From: Squalus acanthias
Taxonomy: Eukaryota
Assembly: GCA_030390025.1 (NCBI GenBank)
Contig: CM059432.1
Location: forward strand, 45,944,001 to 46,008,000
DNA length: 64,000 bases
Reading direction: 5' to 3'
Under the pieces are notes generated by a model. The model worked only from the letters and a program-made list of their open reading frames with translations, searched no databases and had not been told where the DNA came from. Shown in pieces: positions 38,366 to 47,669 of the stretch (the first letter of the stretch is position 1; each line of letters opens with the position of its first letter). Made by a program: the position numbers and the translations under genes.

Positions 38366-41300
38366 TTAAATTCTGAAAAGGCTGCCGCGAGCTCTTCCCG
38401 ACGGTGGGAGGGCATTGACCCCTCCCTTTGATCTGCCGCAGCCTGTTGCTGCTGCGCTGGGACTGGGCTCTTCCTGGGCTGCCTTAACCTTGAGTCTACG
38501 CCTTGGGACAGTCTGGGGACTTGACCATATCTTCCTGGGCTGGGGTATCCGACCTGACCTACGGAGAGTTACCGGGGGCAGGAATCCCAGGACCGACGGA
38601 CCGGGTTCCGAGACTTCCACTGTGGCGACCTGTGGTCCCTCCACAGTCGCTGGCTCCGCCTCTCCTGGCTCCGCCTCCCTGAACTCGGGACCTGCAGCTT
38701 GTGGCACCGCCCTACTCGGCCCAGCAGGCGGCCCTTCACTCGCAGTCCCTACCTCCCCCGAGGGCAGGACGTTCAAGACGGGCGGCTCGGGCTCTGAGGC
38801 TTCCACCGTCACGCCCTGTGGTCCCACAGCGGCTGGCTCCGCCTCCCCTGGCTCCTCCCCCCTGCGTTCGGGACCTGCAGCTTCGGTTTCCACCCTGTGT
38901 GGATCTCTATCTGCAGCCCCTGTCCCCCCTATACCTGAATCGGGGGCGACCCTTTCGTCCTCCGATTCCAGCTCTTCCTCGTCACTACCTTCACTATCCT
39001 CATCTTCGTCGAGCTCCTCGAACCCTCCCTCATCTGACTCCCAACCCCACAAAAATGTCTCACAATTTTCCAGGGTGTCCCCTTCCCTGATGCAAGCTGC
39101 TTTGCCTGCCTGTGTGCCCTGTGGTCCTACCTGGGGCTGCGAGTCCCCACTCGCAGGTTTTGCCCCTGTGGTTGGCCCTTGTGCACCTGGCTTGTACAGT
39201 TTGCACTGGTTTACGTGGAACCACTTAGTGCGCCGAGGTACTTTTACGGCGTATACCATGGGACTCGCTTTATCTACAATGTTGTAGGGTCCCATATACA
39301 GTGGTTCCAGACTCCCTACTCTGGCATAGTTTCTGACCATGACCTGGTCTCCTACTTCCCACTCCCGCGTTTTGCGGGGTTCCTGCAACAGGCGATTGCC
39401 CTGATGCTGCCTTCCCATGTTCCCAGCCGCCTGCTCATAAACCTGCTTCAGGCGCTCCAAGAGGGTCTGGGCGAACTTGTCCCTGCTTATCTCTTGGAGC
39501 TGACCCTCAGTGAGCACCGGCGCTAGCACATGGGTGGGGGTTCGCATGATCCTCCCAGTCATCACTTCGTGCGGGGAATACCCCGTACTTTTCGACTGAC
39601 TGGCCCGGACCCCCATGAGGACTAAAGGCAGAACCTCCGCCCATTTTTGGGGCGAGTTCATAGTCTCTTTCCTCAATTTCTCCTTCAGGGTCCGGTTCAT
39701 GCGTTCAACAATCCCGGATGACTGGGGATTGTGTGCTACGTGCCATTTCCCTTCAATGCCCAAAAGCATGAGGGTGTTCTGCATCACCTGGCCGGTAAAA
39801 TGACTCCCTTGGTCTGACTCCACAAAACGGGGGAGTCCCCACCGCGAGAACACTTCCCGGACCAAGATTTTTGCAGTACCCAGTGCCGTAGCTGTTCGAC
39901 AGGGGAAGGCTTCCACCCATTTGGAAAACACATCCACCAAGACGAGGCAGTATTTATAGCCTCCCTGGGTGGTGGGCAGGGGCCCTATATAGTCGATCTG
40001 TATCGACTGCCATGGTCCCTCTACCCTTCTGACGTGCCCCATGGGCACTTTCCTTTTCTGGGGGTCTGGGTTGTTTGCAGCGCACACGAGACAGCTTGCA
40101 CAGAACTCGCGGACCTGTTCCCTGAGCCCCGGCCACCATCCCGCTTGCTCTACCCGTTGCCAGGTAACCTCGGGCCCGGGGTGCCCTGCCCCTGGTCCCT
40201 CGTGAGCCAACTGGAGGAATTCCCTCCTGTGCTGCTGCGGCACAACCCACTGCTCTTCGCGGAACAGCATGCCTTCCTTAACTGAGAGGGTTGCCGTACT
40301 GTACGGACCCTCTACCTGCTTCCCCTCAGCAAGGGTTTTGAGGACTGCTTTTAGGGCGGGATCCTGGTTCTGGACGGTCTTAAGGTCTAGGGGCAATGCT
40401 ACCCTGGTGTTCCCGGGATTCCCGTCCCTGCCTTGGATCGCTGCCATGGGTCTGGGCCCATAGGGGTCCCAGAAAATGCCGTTGCGGGCACCTTCCCTGG
40501 CTAGCGCATCCGCCTGCTGGTTGCCCTCCCCACGGGGCTCTGTGGAGGAGTGAGCCTTCACCTTATGGATGAAAATCTCCCCTTCCTCCCCTACTGCTGC
40601 TAGGATCTTTTCCAGCAAGGGCTTCACCGTTAAAGGTCGCCCGTCCGCGGAGGTGTATCCACGGCGGGACCAAATGGCCAAGTATTTCGTACACGAATTG
40701 CATGTGAACATACTGTCCGAGCAAATCGTGTATGGGGTTGGGAAAATTTCTGGGTGGGTAACGACGTACACCACTGCAGACAGCTCAGCCTGCTGCGCGC
40801 TCATGGTGCTGGGGAGCTTAATCGCCAGGGCAAGGTTTGCCGCAGGGTCATAAACTCCACACCCTGTGAGTCGTTCGCCAGCAGATACTGTGCTGGAACC
40901 ATCAACATAAATCTCGCGCCCAGTGGGATGTATCCCGGCCCGCAAACCTATGTTGACTTCCCACACCCCTTCCACCGAACACCGGTGGGCTGTACCGGGG
41001 TATACCAAATTGGCCGCAAGCCTGGGCTCGCAAAGACCTTTAACTCGAAGATCCATCTGGGAAAGAAGAAGGGTCCAGCGCGCAATACGCACGCTGCTTA
41101 CGGTCCCATCTTTAATCCTCCCATCTAGAAGCATCTTAGTTGGTGTGTGATGGGTGAGGAGAGTGATGGGAGAGAGCCCTGTGAAGATCGCTGATCTTTT
41201 CACAGCCCAATGCGTGGCTAAAAGGTGCCTTTCGCAATTGGAGAAACTTCTCTCCACATCCGTTAACACCCTGGACGAATAGACAACCGGCCTCAGCTTG

Positions 41301-42862
41301 CCGTGACGCTCTTGGAGCAGCACAGCGCTTAAGCTGTCCCCGCTGGCAGCTACCTCCAGGAAAAACTCCTTCACCCCATCTATGGCCCCTAAAGCTGGCG
41401 CGGTCTGCAGATCCCTTTTTAACTTCTCGAAGGCTGCTTGGCAGCCCTCGTCCCAAGACCACTCCACTCCCTTATGGAGGAGTCGGAGCAGCGGCGCCGC
41501 TGTGGCCGCATAGTCTTCGATAAAATCCCTGCAGTAACCGGTCAGTCCCAAAAAGGACCTCACACCCCTTATGGTGTTGGGAATCGGTAACTCTTGCACC
41601 GACTCCCTCCTAGCTTTATCTATGGCTCTTTCCCCAGCGCGAATGGTCAGCCCCAGGAATTTTACTTCCTCCTGACCAATACGTGCTTTCTTAGGGTTCA
41701 CTTTAAAACCCTTTCTCGCTAGCCGCTCCAATAACTCGGCCAGCAGTGGTCCATGCTCCTCCCTTGAGTCCGTAAATAGGAGCAAATCATCCACGTACTG
41801 CACTATCTGATTGGGCTGACTAAACTCCTTTAAACTTCCTGCCATACACTGTTGGAAAATACTGGGGCTGTTGTGGAAACCCTGTGGCAGACAGTTCCAT
41901 GTGTACTGTTGTTCTTTGAAAGTAAAGGCAAACTTGTACTGGTCCTCTCGCCGCAGTGGGATGGACCAAAAACCGTTCGAGATATCCAGCACCGTGAACG
42001 TGGTCGCGGACGCTGGGATACTCCCTATTAGGTCAGCAACTGCTGCTACCGTGGGCGCGCAGGCGGGAATGTTACTGTTAAGGACTCTGTAGTCCACCGT
42101 GGCCCTCCACGAATTATCCGGCTTCCTAACCGGCCATAATGGGGAGTTCACGTGTGTGGCTATCGGCCTCAACACGCCCTGCTGCACCAAGGAGGACATT
42201 GCTGTCTCCATGTCGGGTTCTGCTTCTTTGGGGAAGTTATACTGTTTTTGGGGTCGGGTCATGGGGTCCCCATCTACGCTGACCTCAAACCCGGCAACCC
42301 TCCCACAATCGTGCTTGTGGGTTGCAAACGCGTGCATATTATCTGACACGTACGTTTGCATGTCCGTTGGGACATCCGCGACCATAAGCCCGAGGTCGTA
42401 GCCTCCGGATGGCTTCATGGTACACAGGACCCCTGTTTCTTCCTCCCCCGGAATTACCACTACCTCGCCGTCTCCACCCTTAGCCCCCCAGAGACAGTGA
42501 TTCCTGAGGTCCACGAGGATCCCGTGCCCTGATAGGAGATCGGACCCGAGGATACCTCTCCCACCCCCCTCATGCCATTTCATCAGTATGCACTTCCACT
42601 TGATGTGGAGTGCTCCTAAACGAATGGATAGCGGAAGGGAGAACGCGCCAGCCTGTTCTTTTCCCGTGAACCCCGCTAATGTGAATGGGACCTTGGTAGA
42701 TAGCGGTGAGTCAAAAGGGCTATCTGTATGAATCACAGTGCAAGAAGCTCCCGTGTCCAACAAATAACTACCCCTTTGTTTCTCTACCTCCATTTCCACC
42801 AGGGGTCGCTTCCACGCATCATAGCTGAGCGGACACAGGTAGACGGGCTGCGCGAGCTCTAG
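38366..42862 (-). CDS. pol: Pol polyprotein: protease, RT, tether (degenerate RNase H), RNase H, integrase, acidic/Pro-rich tail
   Basis: LLDTGAS; LPQGFHNSP/QYVDDLL; AASGDSLSAVLLQ tether; IYVDGSS...AQQAELSAV...CSDS...KVKAH...GNQQADALA; HHCC, IDYIGPLP, SDQGSHF, VERMNRTLK. Open and in frame with gag. Confidence 0.95.
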   Translation of the reverse strand, partial: LELAQPVYLCPLSYDAWKRPLVEMEVEKQRGSYLLDTGASCTVIHTDSPFDSPLSTKVPFTLAGFTGKEQAGAFSLPLSIRLGALHIKWKCILMKWHEGGGRGILGSDLLSGHGILVDLRNHCLWGAKGGDGEVVVIPGEEETGVLCTMKPSGGYDLGLMVADVPTDMQTYVSDNMHAFATHKHDCGRVAGFEVSVDGDPMTRPQKQYNFPKEAEPDMETAMSSLVQQGVLRPIATHVNSPLWPVRKPDNSWRATVDYRVLNSNIPACAPTVAAVADLIGSIPASATTFTVLDISNGFWSIPLRREDQYKFAFTFKEQQYTWNCLPQGFHNSPSIFQQCMAGSLKEFSQPNQIVQYVDDLLLFTDSREEHGPLLAELLERLARKGFKVNPKKARIGQEEVKFLGLTIRAGERAIDKARRESVQELPIPNTIRGVRSFLGLTGYCRDFIEDYAATAAPLLRLLHKGVEWSWDEGCQAAFEKLKRDLQTAPALGAIDGVKEFFLEVAASGDSLSAVLLQERHGKLRPVVYSSRVLTDVERSFSNCERHLLATHWAVKRSAIFTGLSPITLLTHHTPTKMLLDGRIKDGTVSSVRIARWTLLLSQMDLRVKGLCEPRLAANLVYPGTAHRCSVEGVWEVNIGLRAGIHPTGREIYVDGSSTVSAGERLTGCGVYDPAANLALAIKLPSTMSAQQAELSAVVYVVTHPEIFPTPYTICSDSMFTCNSCTKYLAIWSRRGYTSADGRPLTVKPLLEKILAAVGEEGEIFIHKVKAHSSTEPRGEGNQQADALAREGARNGIFWDPYGPRPMAAIQGRDGNPGNTRVALPLDLKTVQNQDPALKAVLKTLAEGKQVEGPYSTATLSVKEGMLFREEQWVVPQQHRREFLQLAHEGPGAGHPGPEVTWQRVEQAGWWPGLREQVREFCASCLVCAANNPDPQKRKVPMGHVRRVEGPWQSIQIDYIGPLPTTQGGYKYCLVLVDVFSKWVEAFPCRTATALGTAKILVREVFSRWGLPRFVESDQGSHFTGQVMQNTLMLLGIEGKWHVAHNPQSSGIVERMNRTLKEKLRKETMNSPQKWAEVLPLVLMGVRASQSKSTGYSPHEVMTGRIMRTPTHVLAPVLTEGQLQEISRDKFAQTLLERLKQVYEQAAGNMGRQHQGNRLLQEPRKTREWEVGDQVMVRNYARVGSLEPLYMGPYNIVDKASPMVYAVKVPRRTKWFHVNQCKLYKPGAQGPTTGAKPASGDSQPQVGPQGTQAGKAACIREGDTLENCETFLWGWESDEGGFEELDEDEDSEGSDEEELESEDERVAPDSGIGGTGAADRDPHRVETEAAGPERRGEEPGEAEPAAVGPQGVTVEASEPEPPVLNVLPSGEVGTASEGPPAGPSRAVPQAAGPEFREAEPGEAEPATVEGPQVATVEVSEPGPSVLGFLPPVTLRRSGRIPQPRKIWSSPQTVPRRRLKVKAAQEEPSPSAAATGCGRSKGGVNALPPSGRARGSLFRI

Positions 42863-44668
42863 TCATTGGGTACTATTAGACGGGCCTGTGGCACCTGCGG
42901 GGCCAGTAGCAACCGCCACCTTTCCATGCGCACTCATGAGGTTACGCATGGCTCCCAACACTGTTTCGATCGCGTCGGGAGGGATGGGTGCACTAGCTTC
43001 CCTATCAGAGACAGGCATCTGGGCTCGGGCTGCGGGATTTTTATCCCTGGAATCCTTCCAAGGGTTCCTGCAGTTCTTGCGCCAGTGCCCTGTCTTCCCA
43101 CACCCGTAACAAGCATTACTGGCCTGCGGGGCGCGGTTACCCTCCTGATGCCACTCCTTTTGAGCCGGGGCTGCGGGTCGTGCCTCATGCACCTTTCCCT
43201 TAAGGGGACGTGCTCCCATACTTCTGGTATTACGGTACCCCACCGTGAGTCGATTTAGGACCGACTCCTCTGTAGTGGCGGGGTCAGTGGGATCAAACCA
43301 CGCTTTTGCCTGCTCCCTGACGGCTGGCAAACTGTTGGTTACTATACACCTGAGCCAATGAGTTAAACCGGTGTCTGCCACATCGGCGCGCTCTGGCGCA
43401 CCTGGGCAGCTACGCTGGTATACTGGCCACAGCCTGTCGGCGAAAACCTTCGGGGGTTCTCCCTCCATCTGCACTGTCTGTCCCAGTCTAACAAACGGAC
43501 CTTCATCGTCCGCTCCCAATACTTCTAGGACCTCATTTCTTAGTGCCCCATAGGCCTTAGTTCCCCTCTTGCTCTCGTCTGAGAGACACTGAAGGATCGA
43601 ACTACCTAATGAGAATAACAGCATCTTTGCTGTTTCCCCATCGTCGCAGCCGTTAATGGCTGCGGTTTGCTCTATTTCCCTAAAATGTACGGAAGGGTCG
43701 TCTGACTCGGCCAGCTTCGGTACGTGACTGATCATAATCCTCAGCTGGTGTGAGCTGTGAGGCAACACAAGCTGGTTGAGGAGATCTCCTTGTTCCCCAC
43801 CGTCTCTGTTCGGGCCCCTTTTGATACTCGTGACCGGACACAACGGTCCCGGTTCCACTTCTACCTCGGTGGGCTCTTTCGTTACTTCTACCACTTTCTT
43901 CCTTACCCAGGTTTCCGAATAGCTGGGTGGCGCGGAGGGCGTAGTGGCTAATACTTCCTCTGCTTTGTTTGGTGGGAATTTCTGAAACTCCTCATCCACT
44001 AGCGGCTGGTGTGCTGACGGACTGATAAGGCACACCATACCGTGTGCTTTGTTCACGGCCCTTTTAAGGTGTTCTATCTCCTTTTGGCAGACGCTATGAT
44101 CGGCCCCCTGAAATTTATCCTCAAGGGCCATCTTATATGCCGCCCTAACCCCCGTTAAGCTCTCTTCCTGGGCTTTTATTTGGGCAGCTTGACGGGCACA
44201 TCGTTCCTTTAGTCTGCCCTCACTTAACTTTGCCTCAGTGACCTGGCACTCGAGGTAATCTATTTTTGCTTTATGGTGGCTGGTGACTACCTGGCGTTCT
44301 TGGTGCAACGCATTTAAATTCGTAATGAGCAACTGCCCCCCAGTGACCTTCTCGTCCATTTCCACCTCTAAATGCCTGATCCGAGCTGTTTGTGCTGTAA
44401 TGACCTGGTCCGAAATTTGGACTTGTCTTTTATAGCACATCAGCCAGACCGCTTTCTCCACTGTCTTTTTGTGTTCCTTGCTATCTGTCCACCTCTCGGC
44501 TGCCTCTAGTGGACACTTATCCACCAGCAGGTCACTTATCCATTTCTTAGTTAAATTTACTTTTCCGAACACATAGTCTGCTATTCTCTCTTCCATGACA
44601 TTTCGTCCAATCATACCAAAGTCTAACACATTACCCTCTCGCTGCCAGTGTCCTGCCGCAGTCGCCAT
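42863..44668 (-). CDS. gag: Gag polyprotein (coiled-coil N-terminus, PSAPPSY late motif, capsid-like region, single CCHC knuckle)
   Basis: Open 601-aa ORF directly after the 5' LTR with CYGCGKTGHWRKNC. The true start may be a downstream Met. Confidence 0.9.
   Translation of the reverse strand: MATAAGHWQREGNVLDFGMIGRNVMEERIADYVFGKVNLTKKWISDLLVDKCPLEAAERWTDSKEHKKTVEKAVWLMCYKRQVQISDQVITAQTARIRHLEVEMDEKVTGGQLLITNLNALHQERQVVTSHHKAKIDYLECQVTEAKLSEGRLKERCARQAAQIKAQEESLTGVRAAYKMALEDKFQGADHSVCQKEIEHLKRAVNKAHGMVCLISPSAHQPLVDEEFQKFPPNKAEEVLATTPSAPPSYSETWVRKKVVEVTKEPTEVEVEPGPLCPVTSIKRGPNRDGGEQGDLLNQLVLPHSSHQLRIMISHVPKLAESDDPSVHFREIEQTAAINGCDDGETAKMLLFSLGSSILQCLSDESKRGTKAYGALRNEVLEVLGADDEGPFVRLGQTVQMEGEPPKVFADRLWPVYQRSCPGAPERADVADTGLTHWLRCIVTNSLPAVREQAKAWFDPTDPATTEESVLNRLTVGYRNTRSMGARPLKGKVHEARPAAPAQKEWHQEGNRAPQASNACYGCGKTGHWRKNCRNPWKDSRDKNPAARAQMPVSDREASAPIPPDAIETVLGAMRNLMSAHGKVAVATGPAGATGPSNSTQ
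44650..44667 (-). promoter_or_regulatory. Primer binding site of inner ERV (tRNA-Ser-like, uncertain)
   Basis: TGGCGACTGCGGCAGGAC, 5 nt after the LTR CA. Partial match to the tRNA-Ser 3' complement TGGCGTAGTCGGCAGGAT. Confidence 0.55.
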
Positions 44669-44672
44669 TTTC

Positions 44673-47192
44673 TGTAAGGGTTTTGACCCGTGTGGCTCTG
44701 TGCTCAGCCTGGGGGCTAGTGCGAGGTTAGGCCTTGTTGCCTGTTCTGGTCTCCAGCCAGTCTGGGAGCACTAGACACCTGTGAGTGGTTCGACCCACTC
44801 ACCCTTACGGTTCTGACACTGGACTTAGATGCGAGAGCAATAATGGAGAGAAAACTCAGGTAGACCCGGTTGAATGGTACGAAATGGAAAATCTTTATTG
44901 CATATTATTCAAGATTACGAAATACATGTCATAAGCACAGATTAATGACAGTACAATCTTACACACAGTTATGTAACTAATTTCAGGGAAACGAGGAACG
45001 AACGACACATCGTAAATGGGGGCACACATTACAGTTATCCTTAAAACTTAAACCCTCCCCTATCAATACCTGCTCTAAACTAGATTTGTAGGATCGAGAC
45101 TCATGCTCACCACTCGTGATAACTCGGAGAGTTCCGAAAACTCTGATCGGATGTTTTTCACCGCAGCACCTGATCACCCATGTGTTGATCAGGGGTCTCT
45201 GTACCCCACTTGTTTACTCGTTTCTGCTCCGGCTAGCAGGCTGGACCGTCTGCTGTCATGAAGATCTGTGTTGTCCTCGGAGTTCCGACTCTACTCAAAA
45301 AAGAGTCTTCCTGTGCCCTCGCAGGGATGCGATAAAATTCGAAGAATAGTCTTCCTGGGCAAGGAAAAAGTGTCTCTTCGACCTACAGGCGCGGTCGGGG
45401 CTTACTGACCGTGGCGATACGTATGGTCATCTTCTTCTCTTCTCATCTCATCTCATCTCATCTCATCTCGGGCCTTCGGTTCCAACACCGTTTACCGACT
45501 TCTCGGGATGGTGTGCCCGTTCCAAGGCTTCACAGCCCAGTTCCACACAGATCTTCGCGGCAAGCCACGAGGCAGATCCTGGCGGATCGTAAAGTTCAAC
45601 AGTCTTTAAAGCTGCAAGAGGCAGAGACACGAGGCAAGCGGCAAGAGGCAGGAGAATAAGAGAAAGATGGACGGTTGTAGCTTACAGTTATAGTGCAAAA
45701 ACTCTTCTTTTCCCGCCCAACCTTAATGTCTTTTCTTTTGTTAGGGTTTTGGCGCTCAAATTTCTTGTATAGGGTGATCTCCGTTTTAATGGGTTTCGGG
45801 GATACTCGTAACTGTCTGAGTACCTGTTAATACTTTTCCCAATGTGTAACCAGTCGGTATTCTCCCTGGAGGGGTTTTGGGGCTTCCAAATGTTTTCTGT
45901 AACTACCCGCTAACGGCTCTCTCATCGTAGAGTCGTGGGGATTTTGCATATTAATGTCTTTGGATGGGTTCTTGATCACTTGGTACAATAGCCCTTATTC
46001 GCACCTGGGAGACCGATTTCAGTATTTATGTGTATACTGCAAACCCATGATGTCTCGTGTATTATCTCAAATGTGCTGAGTCTTCATCGATCTCGTACAA
46101 ATGTTTATTGGAACGCCATCTTGTCTGCTTATCGAAAAGTCTAGAATGTTCTGCCACGAGGCGTGGCGGCCATTTTACAGGCTGCTTGTGTCCACTTTGA
46201 AAACCTGACAGCATTCTGCTGAAATAAAGCTGTTTGAACGAAACTATGGGGTAAAAATTCAGTTGGTTGCGCCTCCCGTTAGCGCCTTAAGAGGGCGCTA
46301 ATGGGGTGCAAAGCCGCTAACGCCCGGGCGCAGCGATGTTTGCGCCGCTCGGGAACTTAACTTGACATTGTGCGGCGGCGCTAAAACTTACCGCTGCGAC
46401 CACCTGCGCGCGCAGATTGTGACGTCATTCCATGGTGCAACGCCCTTGGGGCGCCCCGGAGTGGAAATTGAGTGGCGCCCCCTGCCTTACCGCCTGGCGC
46501 TTCCAATGACCAGAAGACTGGAACGCTATCAATCGCTGTGGGGCTGGGGGGGGGCGCTATTTAAAGGGGGCCTCTTCCTGTCTTTTATTGTTGGTGGCAT
46601 TTTTGAACTACGCATTCTGAGAGAGAGAGGGAGAGACTTCTGGAGAGATTCAACGTTGTGTGAAGGAGTTTTTGGGTACTGAGCAGCACTTTGCAGGTTC
46701 ATTTTGATTTGCCATTCCTTGTATCGATTTAGCAGAGACTGTGGGAGCTGCACTCTGAGCTCTTTGCCTGGTACTCTCCATTGTTCTTTCCAGCACATTT
46801 GATGTGCAAGTCTCTCCAGGCCGAGATTCAAGGCAGCAATGAACAGGATGTGGATGGAAAGCAAGATTAACCATCCCCTTTAAGAACTGGCCCGTGCCAT
46901 TGTGTGTGTGTTCCATTGCTGACTGACATTACATGAGCTTCGCCAGCGCTCCGAGTTAGCGCCTCACTGCTCGGCCTTTGCGCCTTAAGAGAGGTGTGCA
47001 GCGCCTGCTTTAGCGCTCCACTCACCTCCCGGGGTGGTAAAAGTGAAGTTTCCAGTCAGTGCCGATAATTAGCGCCAGGCGCTAATATTTGCGTCCAGAC
47101 GATATTTGCGCCCCAAATGGGGCGCGACCTAATTTCTACCCCTATGTGTTTTCTCCTTATTTATAAAATCGCGATATATTGCGAATTCTACA
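44673..47192 (-). repeat. 5' LTR of inner ERV, interrupted by a Harbinger MITE
   Basis: Direct repeat of 33610-35226 once 46248-47142 and one TAT are removed. Confidence 0.95.
46248..47142. mobile_element. Harbinger MITE (895 bp)
   Basis: TIRs GGGGTAAAAATT / AATTTCTACCCC and TSD TAT. Ends are shared with 13844-17671. Near-identical reverse complement of 57436-58328. Confidence 0.92.
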
Positions 47193-47669
47193 CATACTTA
47201 AACAACCACATTCACACAACTTAGAAATATTGATCCCTGTAATGGGTTATGAACTCGAAGTGCTAAATCAGTTCAAAAACCAAAAACATGGCTCAAGTAT
47301 CTCTCAAATAATACATGTGTATACATACATAAAACAATTAACAAACTTAAAACAGCACATGCTTGCCCAACGTTCAAGACAAGAGTACAAAGGGTTAAAC
47401 AGCTTTTAGCTCTCTGCACAGAAAAGTGGGTGGAGCTAAAACAAGCACAACAGACACTTTCTTTCAAAGACAGACTTTCAGGCAAAAGGAATACTGTAAC
47501 TCCTTAAAATTCATAGTCCGGAAAACTTCCACACTTTCACACAAACTGAAATTCCAGCATCCTTTAAGGTTCCTTTCACTCAACAAATCTTGTGTTTTAT
47601 TTGTCTCGGCACAAAAGCTGATAACTTCCGTGTCGGTAAAACTTTAAGTTTCTCTTCTTTTTCCTTCTT

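Larger units (their letters stand above)
33610..47192 (-). mobile_element. Inner endogenous retrovirus (lokiretrovirus-like), near-intact provirus
   Basis: LTRs at 33610-35226 and 44673-47192 (the latter split by a MITE), TG...CA ends, TSD CATA, and gag-pol-env ORFs. Confidence 0.93.

Noticed and set aside
38415..39287. 290-aa plus-strand ORF antisense to the pol tail
   Set aside because: Low-complexity mirror of a GC-rich coding region with a non-ATG start; no independent evidence for an antisense gene.
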